64,000 nucleotides of DNA from Blastocatellia bacterium (GTDB lineage: Bacteria > Acidobacteriota > Blastocatellia > UBA7656). Of the stretch, positions 18,427 to 28,200 are shown piece after piece. Location of the stretch: the NCBI GenBank assembly GCA_963765495.1, contig CAVXWP010000007.1, positions 192,001 to 256,000 on the forward strand. Direction: 5' to 3'. A program made the translations under genes and the position numbers. Below the pieces are notes generated by a model that saw nothing but the letters and a program-made list of their open reading frames with translations, searched no databases and had not been told where the DNA came from. Positions within the stretch are counted from its first letter, which is position 1. Each line of letters starts with the position of its first letter.

Positions 18427-21400
18427 CTACCGTAGGAACACCAGCCAAGCCCCCAGACCGGTGAACCTCAAGTCGAAAGCCAGCAGCTCTCGGGCGCAGG
18501 TCGCATGAGGCGGTTTTGGACCTTCGACAAGACAAACGCCCAAATCGAATAGGACGGCAAATAACGCCGCATCGCTGCCGACAACTACTGCCAATTTCAG
18601 TAGCGTGGTTGTTAGCTCAGACACGGCGAGCAGCGCTCCTCCGATGGATGCTGCGATCAGGAATCCTACGGTCGCCACGGCTAGAAGAATAAAGCCCAGA
18701 GTCTCCCAGAACTCGGCATTGGCTAGGGCCTGCTGGCACAGTACCATGTCTGTGGGAGAAAGGTCAGGCAAGCACTCCAACCGACCTCCATGCGCTCGTC
18801 CGACAAGGTAAGCGGCATCTCCGGAAATTGGGTCCATGGTGATGTAGCCGTCTATTAGTTCTCCATCCATCACGGGGGGCCGTTGAGGGACGATTACGAC
18901 CCTGCCCGCATTCACTGCGTCGGAAATCGCTTCACTGGGATAGCTTTGGTCTATATGTGCCAGAGACATGTCGACGTTTTGAGAGTCTATTGCGTATATT
19001 GGTATTCCCTGCTGTGATGCTGAATTAATGGCGTTTGCCGCGCTAATCCCACCCGACGATGGTTCCTGTCCGAACACAATTTGAGGAATGACCTTTCCTT
19101 CCAGAAGCGATGAAATCAGACCTGCTGAAATATTGAAGTTCATCTCTTTGACAATGTCGCCATCGAGAGCGGTGGCTATGTGCAATTGTCGAGCGACGTC
19201 GAGAAAATATCCGCCAACTAGACCGCGTACTGGAACGCCCAATATTGACGAGAAAGTATAATCCGCGTAAGAGAACGCTAAAGAGGGGTACCGGGTGAAG
19301 CGAATTCCGAACCCTCTCGCGATTATGTTCGACCGGTTGTCGGCGGATAGAAACCAAGCAGATCGTATAAGATCATGGTATCTGCTATCTATGGCACCTG
19401 CGCTCAAGCCCTGACCATTTGCTGCCTCATATTGCTGCGCAAGTAAGTGCAGCCTATCTACACGGGTGAGGAAGGGTGTTTTCGAGGTTCCGGCGATATC
19501 CATGGTTATCCCATATTGTCCCCAGGCGACGAGATCAAGGGTGACAGGAGGAGTCTGAATTGTAGGTGCTGTAAACCCAATGGTGATCGTCTGCGCTTCA
19601 CCCATACCGACCCGATCCCCGGCATTGACAGTAATCCCGTCCAGCTTGATGAGAGGCCGGACGCTCACAAGGTAGGCTGGAATCGCATCCAACACATGCT
19701 GTGGGCTGGGTGGCGTAACAGAATTGACAATGTCAGATGGGAGAACACTCCTCACCAGATCGACATCCGCTTGTGTAGAAAATGTATAGTTGACAGAGAT
19801 GCTTTTGGAGCCAATTTCAGGCAGTGTCGTGGCAAATGTCAGGATCGCCCTTCCATCTTTGTCGGCGACAGTCAGTAAAAGCAAATGCCGCATTGCCGAT
19901 GTCAACTCCGAAACCGCGGGCCCCTTCGAGATGACTCTGTAGGGGCCGCTGTTGGGAACAACAGGAAGTTCTTTGGCGATAATAGAGCGCGTTACCAGAA
20001 GCGTGTCTGGATCGTTGCCCGGAAACGCGGCTGAAAACTTGTCGGCAATCGAATTGACCGTTGTTACTATGAATGCCTGGTCGATTCCGGTTACGAAACC
20101 TTCAGCTTCGTTTGTGATTGCAGTTGATTCTAAGTGATTGTTGAAGGCGGTCGGATCAAACCCGCTGGCTGCTAATAGATCGCTTCCGGAAGTGGATACA
20201 TGGAGTTTGAAGCTTGCGTCAATGTCAACCCAGCCATCTCCGTGAGCGTTGACGGCAGCTTCGGAAGGAGCATAATCTAAATACGCTTTAACCCAGACAT
20301 GCTCCATCCGCAGCGACCTCAAAACCCCACCTTGCTCCACAGTTCCAGCAGATGGCACCCCACCACTTGCCGCAAACCGCGCAGCGGCGCGAGAATCTGT
20401 GAAGCCGCCCAGCCAGTTCATCGCCTTATCTATCGGCACGTCAATCGTCCCCATCTGATAGCGAGCAGGAATGCCTGAATAGCGGAGCAAAGCAATCAGC
20501 AAGGATGATGTGTCGAAGGCATTGCCCGTGCGGTTCTCCATGCAAAGCTCGGCACCCTGTATGCTCCCCCATGTAGGCACGAACTCTATGTTGTTGCGAA
20601 CCCAGTTGAATATCTTTACGGGGTTGCGACCGAGGCTATCGGCCAGCTGCTGAATCTCAGGCGTGAACTTCACCTCTATTGTCTCTGCCAGATCGGCGGG
20701 CGTCGGCGGTGCGGTTGCCGCAAGTGTGATTGAGCCTTGTGCCTTGACGGACGATGGTTGAGCGGAGGCTGACGGGGCGGCTTCTTTCGCAAAGGCATTG
20801 AGCCATTCCTCCCGCGTGAGCTTGGGCGGGATAGGCTTGTCTGCTTTGAGCGCGCGGTGCGGCAGATTCTTTGGATCAAAATTGCTCTTGTGCGGGCGAG
20901 GGGTGTTCTCTTCCAGAAAGTTCAGGGTCTTTCCAATGACTCCGTCCCAATCCACTTTCTTGTTTGCGCCTGTGAATTTCGACCAGAAACCTGTAGCAGC
21001 TTCGTGTGCTGATTCGATACCATCGAGGTCGGCCATCAATGCTTCATACCTGGCCCTGTATTCGCTGGCGAACTGTTTATGCCGACTCAGGATTTCATCG
21101 GGGAGCTTTTTCCGCTCCATGAAATCTTCGAGACCGTCGAAATACTCCTGAATCTTTTCGTCTTCCTCGGCCAGGCGCTCCTTTAACCTGATGACCTTTT
21201 CGATGTCCGCGAATCCTTTCTCTGGTGCTGTCTTCGCCTTAGCGCCTCCCTGTCTGACCACCTCTTTGAGTTCCGAGAGCAGATCGTCGAAACGGCTCTC
21301 CAGACTTGAGAGAGGAACTGTGCGATTCGCGTGGGCGGCGTAATTCTCTGCATTAATGCGACCGCCGCCATACAGCCAGATCATCAAAACTAAGAGAACC

Positions 21401-21438
21401 CAGATGGTGGATTTAACTCGGTGCGAAGTGCGTTTCAT
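18427..21438 (-). CDS. Secreted transglutaminase-like domain protein with hydrophobic C-terminal tail
   Basis: AGGAG RBS before ATG 21438; signal peptide; IFNWVRNNIEF, GNAFD..SLLIALLR.SGIPARY, EHVWV, WVDIDAS; C-terminal hydrophobic hairpin. Confidence 0.8.
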   Translation of the reverse strand: MKRTSHRVKSTIWVLLVLMIWLYGGGRINAENYAAHANRTVPLSSLESRFDDLLSELKEVVRQGGAKAKTAPEKGFADIEKVIRLKERLAEEDEKIQEYFDGLEDFMERKKLPDEILSRHKQFASEYRARYEALMADLDGIESAHEAATGFWSKFTGANKKVDWDGVIGKTLNFLEENTPRPHKSNFDPKNLPHRALKADKPIPPKLTREEWLNAFAKEAAPSASAQPSSVKAQGSITLAATAPPTPADLAETIEVKFTPEIQQLADSLGRNPVKIFNWVRNNIEFVPTWGSIQGAELCMENRTGNAFDTSSLLIALLRYSGIPARYQMGTIDVPIDKAMNWLGGFTDSRAAARFAASGGVPSAGTVEQGGVLRSLRMEHVWVKAYLDYAPSEAAVNAHGDGWVDIDASFKLHVSTSGSDLLAASGFDPTAFNNHLESTAITNEAEGFVTGIDQAFIVTTVNSIADKFSAAFPGNDPDTLLVTRSIIAKELPVVPNSGPYRVISKGPAVSELTSAMRHLLLLTVADKDGRAILTFATTLPEIGSKSISVNYTFSTQADVDLVRSVLPSDIVNSVTPPSPQHVLDAIPAYLVSVRPLIKLDGITVNAGDRVGMGEAQTITIGFTAPTIQTPPVTLDLVAWGQYGITMDIAGTSKTPFLTRVDRLHLLAQQYEAANGQGLSAGAIDSRYHDLIRSAWFLSADNRSNIIARGFGIRFTRYPSLAFSYADYTFSSILGVPVRGLVGGYFLDVARQLHIATALDGDIVKEMNFNISAGLISSLLEGKVIPQIVFGQEPSSGGISAANAINSASQQGIPIYAIDSQNVDMSLAHIDQSYPSEAISDAVNAGRVVIVPQRPPVMDGELIDGYITMDPISGDAAYLVGRAHGGRLECLPDLSPTDMVLCQQALANAEFWETLGFILLAVATVGFLIAASIGGALLAVSELTTTLLKLAVVVGSDAALFAVLFDLGVCLVEGPKPPHATCARELLAFDLRFTGLGAWLVFLR

Positions 21439-21662
21439 TTTATCTCTCCTCGAAATCGACGGACCCGTATTGAAACCGCTACGGAACGCGTATAAGAGGG
21501 CATCAGATTTATTTTCCCTCTGTTTATTACCGCGTAAGAGGCCGGGAAAAGGTATCATTCGGCTTTAGATTTTCTTACCGGCGGGTTTATCATTAATTGA
21601 ATCTGGCAAGTAAAAATTTCGCGCCCTGACAACATTGACCTGTAACGAGGAAGTGTGCGGTT

Positions 21663-22235
21663 ATGGGTTCCAAGCAAAATGTGACCGAACTTCTCAACGC
21701 CTGGACCGACGGCGACCAGGATGCGCTCGATCAGTTAATGCCGATGGTCTACGAGGAGTTGCATCGCCTGGCTGCCAGACGCCTGCAAACCGAACGCAAA
21801 GACCACACGCTTCAAACGACGGCCCTGGTTCACGAGGCCTATTTGCGGCTCGTGGGCCAGAAGGATGTTCGCTGGAAGAATCGCGGCCATTTTTTCGCTA
21901 TAGCCGCACAATTGATGCGTCGAATACTCGTAGATTACGCTCGGAGTCACAAGGCGGAAAAGCGCGGCGCAGGCCGGACTAAGATCGCGCTCGAAAAGGC
22001 CGAAGCTCTCTCCGGTGGACCCGATGTGGATATGGTCGCGCTCGATGAGGCGATGACAAGACTCGAAGCCATTGACCCGCGCCAGGGCCGCATCGTAGAG
22101 ATGAAATTCTTTGCCGGACTGAGGATCGAAGAGATAGCCGAATTTCTGAACCTTTCAGAGATAACGGTCAAACGCGACCTGCGGATGGCAAAGGCATGGC
22201 TCAAGAGCGAAATGTCATCAACTCCCGGTCCCTAG
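21663..22235 (+). CDS. ECF sigma-70 factor, kinase-associated type (TIGR02999-like)
   Basis: VYEELHRLA, HTLQTTALVHEAYLRL, FFAIAAQLMRRILVDYAR, FFAGL..EEIA. Confidence 0.92.
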   Translation: MGSKQNVTELLNAWTDGDQDALDQLMPMVYEELHRLAARRLQTERKDHTLQTTALVHEAYLRLVGQKDVRWKNRGHFFAIAAQLMRRILVDYARSHKAEKRGAGRTKIALEKAEALSGGPDVDMVALDEAMTRLEAIDPRQGRIVEMKFFAGLRIEEIAEFLNLSEITVKRDLRMAKAWLKSEMSSTPGP

Positions 22236-22272
22236 CTCTCAGAGCTTAGCTGAATGCTCCGACCAATTACCG

Positions 22273-24963
22273 ATGAACAGAGAGCGCTGGCAAAAACTCA
22301 AAGAGATTTTTCACTCGGCCCTTGAGCTTGAAGCCGATGAGCGCGCCCGCTTTATTGAAGAAGTCTGCGCCGACGATGAAGAGTTGAAGGAAGAGGTTGA
22401 ATCCCTCCTCGCCCATGATGAAGATGGCAATGACTCGATTGAAGAGATTGCCCTCGAAATCGCTGCGAGGCTGGTTTCGGACAATGCGGTTGATCGGGAC
22501 ACGGGCAGAATAATCGGCTCTTACAGGGTCATCGGCGAGATCAGCCAGGGCGGGATGGGCACCATCCTGCTCGCCGCTCGCGCCGATGACCAGTTTCAGA
22601 AGCTTGTGGCCATCAAGCTCGTCAAGCGCGGCATGGACACCGATTTCATTGTCAGCCGTTTCCTGAGCGAGCGACAGATACTCGCAGGCTTCGATCACCC
22701 GAACGTTGCGCGGCTCTTCGACGGCGGCGCGACCGATGACGGCCTGCCTTACTTCGTGATGGAGTACATCGAAGGCGTCGCGATTGATGAGTATTGCGAT
22801 GAGCAAAGGTTGAGTATAACAGAGCGATTGAAGCTCTTTCTCACGGTCTGTTCAGCCGTCGAGTACGCGCACAAAAAGCGAGTCATTCATCGAGACCTCA
22901 AACCCACTAATATTCTCGTCACGCCAGAAGGCGTGCCCAAGCTGCTCGATTTCGGCATAGCCAAGCTGCTTGAACCGGATTATGCGGAAGAAGCGGAGAA
23001 TCGCACAAAGACCGCCGCGCGTTTTGTGACGCCAAGCCACGCAAGCCCCGAGCAACTTCGCGGCGAGAGCGTCACTGTTGCAAGCGACGTATACTCGCTC
23101 GGCGTTCTGTTTTACGAATTGCTTACGGGGCATCGTCCATACGAACTGAAGAGTAAAACCGGAGAGGAGATCATCCGGGTCGTCTGCGAAGAGACGCCCG
23201 GAAATCCGAGCTCTGTAGTCACCCGCACAAGAGAGGCTATCCGGGGCGATGAAACCATCACGCTCACGCCCGAGCAGGTGAGCTTCACGCGCGCAAGCAG
23301 CGTAGAGAAACTCCGCCGAAGACTTGCGGGCGATCTGGATATGATTGCGCTGATGGCTTTGAGGAAAGAGCCTGAACGGCGATACCAATCCGTCGAAGAG
23401 TTTTCTGATGACATCCGGCGCCACCTCGAACGCTTGCCTGTTCGGGCGCAAAAAGACAGGCTCCCTTATCGCGGCATGAAGTTCATCCGCCGACACAGTG
23501 CGCTCGTGATTGCGGTCGCCTTGAGCGCGCTCGTCATCGCATCAGTCATCGTGTTTTCGCTCCTGTGGGTTTCGAGCAGGATAAACAAGGCAGCGCCCGG
23601 CAAGGCCAACTCGATAGCCGTGCTGCCATTTACAGTCGAAGGCGATGAAGAACTGGGAGAAGAGATGGCCGATGCCCTCTCTGCGCGACTGAGCCGTATC
23701 GGGCGTATAATTGTCGCTCCGGCGAGCGCCGTCACCCAATACAATAGATCAGACCAGGGCCCGGCTGAAGCGGGCAGAAGACTCGGCGTGGGGATGGCGC
23801 TTTCTGGCCGAGCAGAGTTGAAAGATCAGTGGATCAGCGTGAACTTGCAGTTGTTCGGTGTATCAGACGGGTCGCTGCTGTGGTCCGAACGGTTCGAAGA
23901 AGATTTCTCTGATAGACTGGCAGCCGAAAACGCGATTGCAGAAAGGGTCGCAGGGGCCATCGCGCTCGAACTCACAGGCGAGGAGAAGAGGCTCTTTGTA
24001 AAGAGATATACAGACAATCCAGAGGCATACCAACTTTACATGAAAGGACGCTTTTTCTGGAATAAACGCACGGAAGAGGGCATAAATAAAAGCATTGAGT
24101 ACTTCGAGAAGGCGATTGAATTAGACCCTCAATACGCTCTGGCTTATGCGGGTATGGCAGAATCCTATGCCATCACGAATCTTTACAGCGTCAACCAGAT
24201 AAAGGACGCCGATCCAAAGGCGAGAGAAGCGGCCGTAAAAGCCCTTGCCATAGATGACTCGCTGGCAGAGGCCCATACGGCGCTGGCCTATATCAAAGAG
24301 CAATATGATTGGGACTTCGCTGGCGCTGAGAGAGAATTCAAGCGGGCACTCGAATTGAACCCGAACTACGCGACGGCTCACCACTGGTATAGCGAATACC
24401 TGGCAATGATGGGCCGCACAGAAGAGAGCATCTATCATATCAGGCAGGCGCAGCGGCTCGACCCGACTTCGCTCATCATCAACACGCAGGCCGGTTTTCC
24501 TTACATCTGTGCGCGGAGATACGACGAAGCGATGCGTGAGTATCAAAAGGCGCTCGAAATGGACCCGAACTTTCCTACAGCGAGGATTTATCTGGCGCGG
24601 TGCTATGAGGTAAAAGCGATGTGCGAAGAGGCCATAGCGGAATACAAGAAGGCTTCCGGCACAGGCTCGCTCACGCTGGCGAAGCTGGGATGCGCTTACG
24701 CCGCTTGTGGGAAAAAGAGAGAGGCCAGGGAAGTATTGAACGAACTGATGAAGCTATCGAAGCAGCGTTACATCTCTCCTTACAACATAGCAGTGCTTCA
24801 CGCCGCTCTTGGAGAAAAAGACGCTGCCTTCGCGTCGCTGGCAAAAGCTTATGAAGATAGAGATGCTATGCTGGTTACGCTCAAGGTCGACAGAAGCCTT
24901 GATGGCCTGCGCTCGGACCCGCGTTTCGATGACCTGCTGCGACGTGTCGGTCTTGTGCATTGA
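22273..24963 (+). CDS. Ser/Thr protein kinase with TM segment, TolB-N-like domain and TPR repeats
   Basis: GGMG, VAIK, HRDLKPTN, DFG, SPEQ; hydrophobic TM segment; SIAVLPF; TPR array. Confidence 0.93.
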   Translation: MNRERWQKLKEIFHSALELEADERARFIEEVCADDEELKEEVESLLAHDEDGNDSIEEIALEIAARLVSDNAVDRDTGRIIGSYRVIGEISQGGMGTILLAARADDQFQKLVAIKLVKRGMDTDFIVSRFLSERQILAGFDHPNVARLFDGGATDDGLPYFVMEYIEGVAIDEYCDEQRLSITERLKLFLTVCSAVEYAHKKRVIHRDLKPTNILVTPEGVPKLLDFGIAKLLEPDYAEEAENRTKTAARFVTPSHASPEQLRGESVTVASDVYSLGVLFYELLTGHRPYELKSKTGEEIIRVVCEETPGNPSSVVTRTREAIRGDETITLTPEQVSFTRASSVEKLRRRLAGDLDMIALMALRKEPERRYQSVEEFSDDIRRHLERLPVRAQKDRLPYRGMKFIRRHSALVIAVALSALVIASVIVFSLLWVSSRINKAAPGKANSIAVLPFTVEGDEELGEEMADALSARLSRIGRIIVAPASAVTQYNRSDQGPAEAGRRLGVGMALSGRAELKDQWISVNLQLFGVSDGSLLWSERFEEDFSDRLAAENAIAERVAGAIALELTGEEKRLFVKRYTDNPEAYQLYMKGRFFWNKRTEEGINKSIEYFEKAIELDPQYALAYAGMAESYAITNLYSVNQIKDADPKAREAAVKALAIDDSLAEAHTALAYIKEQYDWDFAGAEREFKRALELNPNYATAHHWYSEYLAMMGRTEESIYHIRQAQRLDPTSLIINTQAGFPYICARRYDEAMREYQKALEMDPNFPTARIYLARCYEVKAMCEEAIAEYKKASGTGSLTLAKLGCAYAACGKKREAREVLNELMKLSKQRYISPYNIAVLHAALGEKDAAFASLAKAYEDRDAMLVTLKVDRSLDGLRSDPRFDDLLRRVGLVH

Positions 24964-25080
24964 TTGGAGGCACTAATACACGATTTCACTATTTCTTTGC
25001 GCGCCATCCGGCCCCTCTGTATAATTGGTTGCGGCTGGTTCACAGCCTATACGTAATAACCAAGGAGTGAGATTTAGATT

Positions 25081-25500
25081 ATGCGCAAAGTAGCTGTTGT
25101 TCTGTTCCTGCTGACGATGTTTGCGAGCGCTGTAGCGGTTAAGGCCTCCGACGGTGATAAGAAAGAGAAGGCCGTCACAAACAAGAAGTGCCCCGTCATG
25201 GGTGCCTCAGTCAGCGAAAAATATCGCACCGAGTACAAAGGCCAGTACGTCTATTTCTGCTGTCAGGGTTGCATCAGCATGTTTGAAAAAGACCCTGAGA
25301 CCTATATCGCAAAGCTCTCTGCGGAGGATCAGGAAGCGATCAAGCCAAATGCGGTCTGCCCGATGACGAAAGAACCTATCGAAGACCACACGCGCTTTGT
25401 CGAATATGAAGGTCGCAAGGTCTATTTTTGCTGCGACGGCTGCGTAGAGATGTTCAAGAAACAGATGGCTGAAAAGTCTGCTGAAACGAAGACAAATTAA
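25081..25500 (+). CDS. Exported protein with two YHS/TRASH metal-binding domains
   Basis: Signal peptide; CPVMG...YKGQYVYFCCQGC and CPMT...YEGRKVYFCCDGC. Confidence 0.85.
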   Translation: MRKVAVVLFLLTMFASAVAVKASDGDKKEKAVTNKKCPVMGASVSEKYRTEYKGQYVYFCCQGCISMFEKDPETYIAKLSAEDQEAIKPNAVCPMTKEPIEDHTRFVEYEGRKVYFCCDGCVEMFKKQMAEKSAETKTN

Positions 25501-25630
25501 GTCATCCGCTCCCGACTTTGAAAACCTACGAAAAGATCGAATTGAAAGACGAGAGGCGGTGGGCGACCGGGGTGATGGATTTCGCAGTTTCGGTCGGCGC
25601 TCGCCGCTTTTTCTTTGGAGGTATGAATCA

Positions 25631-26275
25631 ATGAGTCAAAATCAGGCTGCGGCCCCGCCTCACTCGCGCTTGAAAATCTTATCGCTTGCAGTGGTGCTTT
25701 GCTCCGTCTGGTTTGCCGCGTGCAGCGGGGATACGGCCAATCAGAATACCGGCAATCAATCGTCTGCCCCGGCAGCAAAAGGGGCTTCTTCGGGGCCGAA
25801 TTCGACGGCGGTGATTGAGACCGATCTCGGCAACATCAAAATCGAATTGCTGAAAGATCAGGCCCCCGCAACCGCTGACAACTTCGAAGCGCTTGCAAAA
25901 AGCGGTTTCTATAACGGGCTGATATTTCATCGCACGGTCAGAGGATTTATGATTCAGGGCGGCGACCCGAACGGCAACGGTACCGGCGGACGCACCGCAA
26001 CCGGCACGCCGCTCCCGAATGAAGTGGATAGAACCTCCCCGCTTTATCAGGGCGGCTATGCTCGCGGGATGGTTGCAATGGCCAACAAGGGAAGGCCGGA
26101 AACGGCTACGAGCCAGTTCTTCATAATGCATCAGAATTACCCGCTGCCTCCGAATTACACCATATTCGGGCGCGTGACCGAGGGGATGGATGTAGTGGAC
26201 AAGATCGCCACCGCGCCGGTTAATGGTGAGCGTCCCGCAAATCCGGTCGTGATGAAAAAGGTTTACATACAGTGA
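25631..26275 (+). CDS. Cyclophilin-type peptidyl-prolyl isomerase, lipoprotein
   Basis: GGAGG RBS; FAAC lipobox; FYNGLIFHR, FMIQGGDP, SQFFI, YTIFGRV. Confidence 0.92.
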   Translation: MSQNQAAAPPHSRLKILSLAVVLCSVWFAACSGDTANQNTGNQSSAPAAKGASSGPNSTAVIETDLGNIKIELLKDQAPATADNFEALAKSGFYNGLIFHRTVRGFMIQGGDPNGNGTGGRTATGTPLPNEVDRTSPLYQGGYARGMVAMANKGRPETATSQFFIMHQNYPLPPNYTIFGRVTEGMDVVDKIATAPVNGERPANPVVMKKVYIQ

Positions 26276-26357
26276 ACCTTGAGTGGTAAGCCCTGACCGG
26301 GATCTGCCGCTCAGGATTTGACAGTAGCTGGTATCCATTCAGAAAGGGAGGGAATTT

Positions 26358-26424
26358 GCCACCGCAGGCACAAAGACACAGAGCTTTATTAAAATCTTTC
26401 TCTGTGTCTTTGTGTCTCTGTGGC
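26358..26424. repeat. Octamer-type inverted repeat (CACAGAG/CTCTGTG family)
   Basis: gccaccgcaggcacaaagacacagag ... ctctgtgtctttgtgtctctgtggc. Confidence 0.7.
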
Positions 26425-26638
26425 TATTCTGAAACTCTTACGATGAGTGGACAGGCTCGAAATGTTCTGCTATTTTGCCATTCATTGCCGCGCGTGTGAC
26501 TCGCTTCGTCAGTGAAGGTGAAAGGGGAAAGTAAGAAGCGCCACCCCGTGCGCGGCCCCGCGTCAGATTACCCGGTTTCAGCAGTAAAGACCATCTGCGA
26601 CACCTGCCGTCGAGGGCCGGACGCTTCCATGTAATACC

Positions 26639-28099
26639 ATGTCCCTCACACACAGAGAGCTGGAGGCTGAAAGACAGGCTTCAAAGGTGCAAGCGGGCGA
26701 ACCCGACTGTCTTGCCCCGACGCCTGACGAGTCGCGTGTGCCCTCGCCTGATGCGCCTGATCTCACGGCTGTCTGGACGCCGAGGACGCGCCGCCGCGTG
26801 ACCTCATCGCTTTTCAGTTCGCTCGTGGCCGTATTGATCGGCAGCCTCGTCCTGCGGTTGTCTGCTCAGACCATGGGCCAGATGCTACAGTTTTATTTCG
26901 CCGAAATAGATCGCAACTATTACACTATCTCAAACACCGTCACGGGCCTCATCACGGCTTCTTTCTTTATCAGCGAATTGCTCGGCTCTCCGTTGCTTGG
27001 CGCGATGAGCGACCGGTACGGGCGCAAGCTTTTCATGCTGCTCGGGCCGTTGCTCGGCGTCGTAGCCGTGCAGATAACTTCGATGACGGTGACTATCTGG
27101 TTGCTTGTCATCACCCGCCTGCTCGAAGGCTTATCGACGGCCGCGGCCATTCCGGCCACGCTCGGTTACATATCGGAAGTCACTTCGGGGCGTCCGAAAC
27201 TGCGCGCGCGCATTATGGGTCTGTTCGAGATAACGCTTGTCGGGGGGCTGGCGCTCGGGGCGCTTGCGGGCGGCTATCTATGGACGTTTTTCGGAAACTC
27301 CGTGACTATCGCGGGCGTCCATCTGATCAGCCCGGCCTTTAGCCTCAACGGAGTTTTGTACCTCATCAGCTTTGCGATCTTTTTCTGGGGAGTCAGAGAC
27401 ATACGACGCAGGCGACGTGTGGATCGAAGCCAGCAGGCCCGGTTGAAGCACTTTCGCGAGGTGTTGAGCGCGCCGAGAGTCTGGAGGTTTATTCCCGCGT
27501 GGGTTTCGATCTTTTCTATAGTGGGGATCTGGATCAACCATAGCGTCCGGTTGCTGACGGGCAAGGATCATTACGGCTTTCAACTTCTGACTGGCAACAT
27601 CACGCCCGAAAAATTTGGCAACGGATTCGCTATACTGGCCGTCATCTTTGCCTGCGGCGTAATGGCCTGGAGCTTTCTGCTGAGCCGCTATCGCAAGACG
27701 AACGTGATGCTTGTATCAACCGGCGGATTGTTTCTCGCGCTCCTTACGGTTTACGGGCTGAATCATATGAGCACAATCAACAGCCCGCTTTATTACCCCC
27801 TGATTCTGATACTGCTTGTGGGGCTTGTCGTGCTGAGCGGATTCACCCCGGCGGCGCTTACTTATCTGGCTGATGTGACCGAATCATACAAGGAAGATCG
27901 GGGCTCGATTATGGGGTTGTATTCGGTCTTTCTCGGCGTGGGGCAACTCATAGGCACGGCCACGGGCGGGTACTTTGCCGACTGGGCGGGGCTTGACGGG
28001 CTGTTGCTGCTGAGCGCGATCTTCGGAGTAATCACCACCCTGACTCTTGTTGCGCTTCGCCGTCAGGAAACGCCCGCCCTCAGAACCATAAATATTTGA
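26639..28099 (+). CDS. MFS transporter
   Basis: GAMSDRYGRK motif A; about 12 TM segments. The start is uncertain. Confidence 0.9.
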   Translation: MSLTHRELEAERQASKVQAGEPDCLAPTPDESRVPSPDAPDLTAVWTPRTRRRVTSSLFSSLVAVLIGSLVLRLSAQTMGQMLQFYFAEIDRNYYTISNTVTGLITASFFISELLGSPLLGAMSDRYGRKLFMLLGPLLGVVAVQITSMTVTIWLLVITRLLEGLSTAAAIPATLGYISEVTSGRPKLRARIMGLFEITLVGGLALGALAGGYLWTFFGNSVTIAGVHLISPAFSLNGVLYLISFAIFFWGVRDIRRRRRVDRSQQARLKHFREVLSAPRVWRFIPAWVSIFSIVGIWINHSVRLLTGKDHYGFQLLTGNITPEKFGNGFAILAVIFACGVMAWSFLLSRYRKTNVMLVSTGGLFLALLTVYGLNHMSTINSPLYYPLILILLVGLVVLSGFTPAALTYLADVTESYKEDRGSIMGLYSVFLGVGQLIGTATGGYFADWAGLDGLLLLSAIFGVITTLTLVALRRQETPALRTINI

Positions 28100-28196
28100 T
28101 GATGCGTGATTCGTGATTCGTGACCTGCCAGGTTTGCAAGTTGACTTAAACAGGCAGCCCATCTAAAAATCACGCATCACGCATCACGAATCACGC
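28098..28196. repeat. Inverted (CGTGATG/CGTGATT)n element with conserved core, between convergent genes
   Basis: The core cgtgacctgccaggtttgcaagttgacttaaacaggc...ctaaaaatcacg matches the reverse complement of 7729-7783. Confidence 0.85.
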
Positions 28197-28200
28197 CTTA

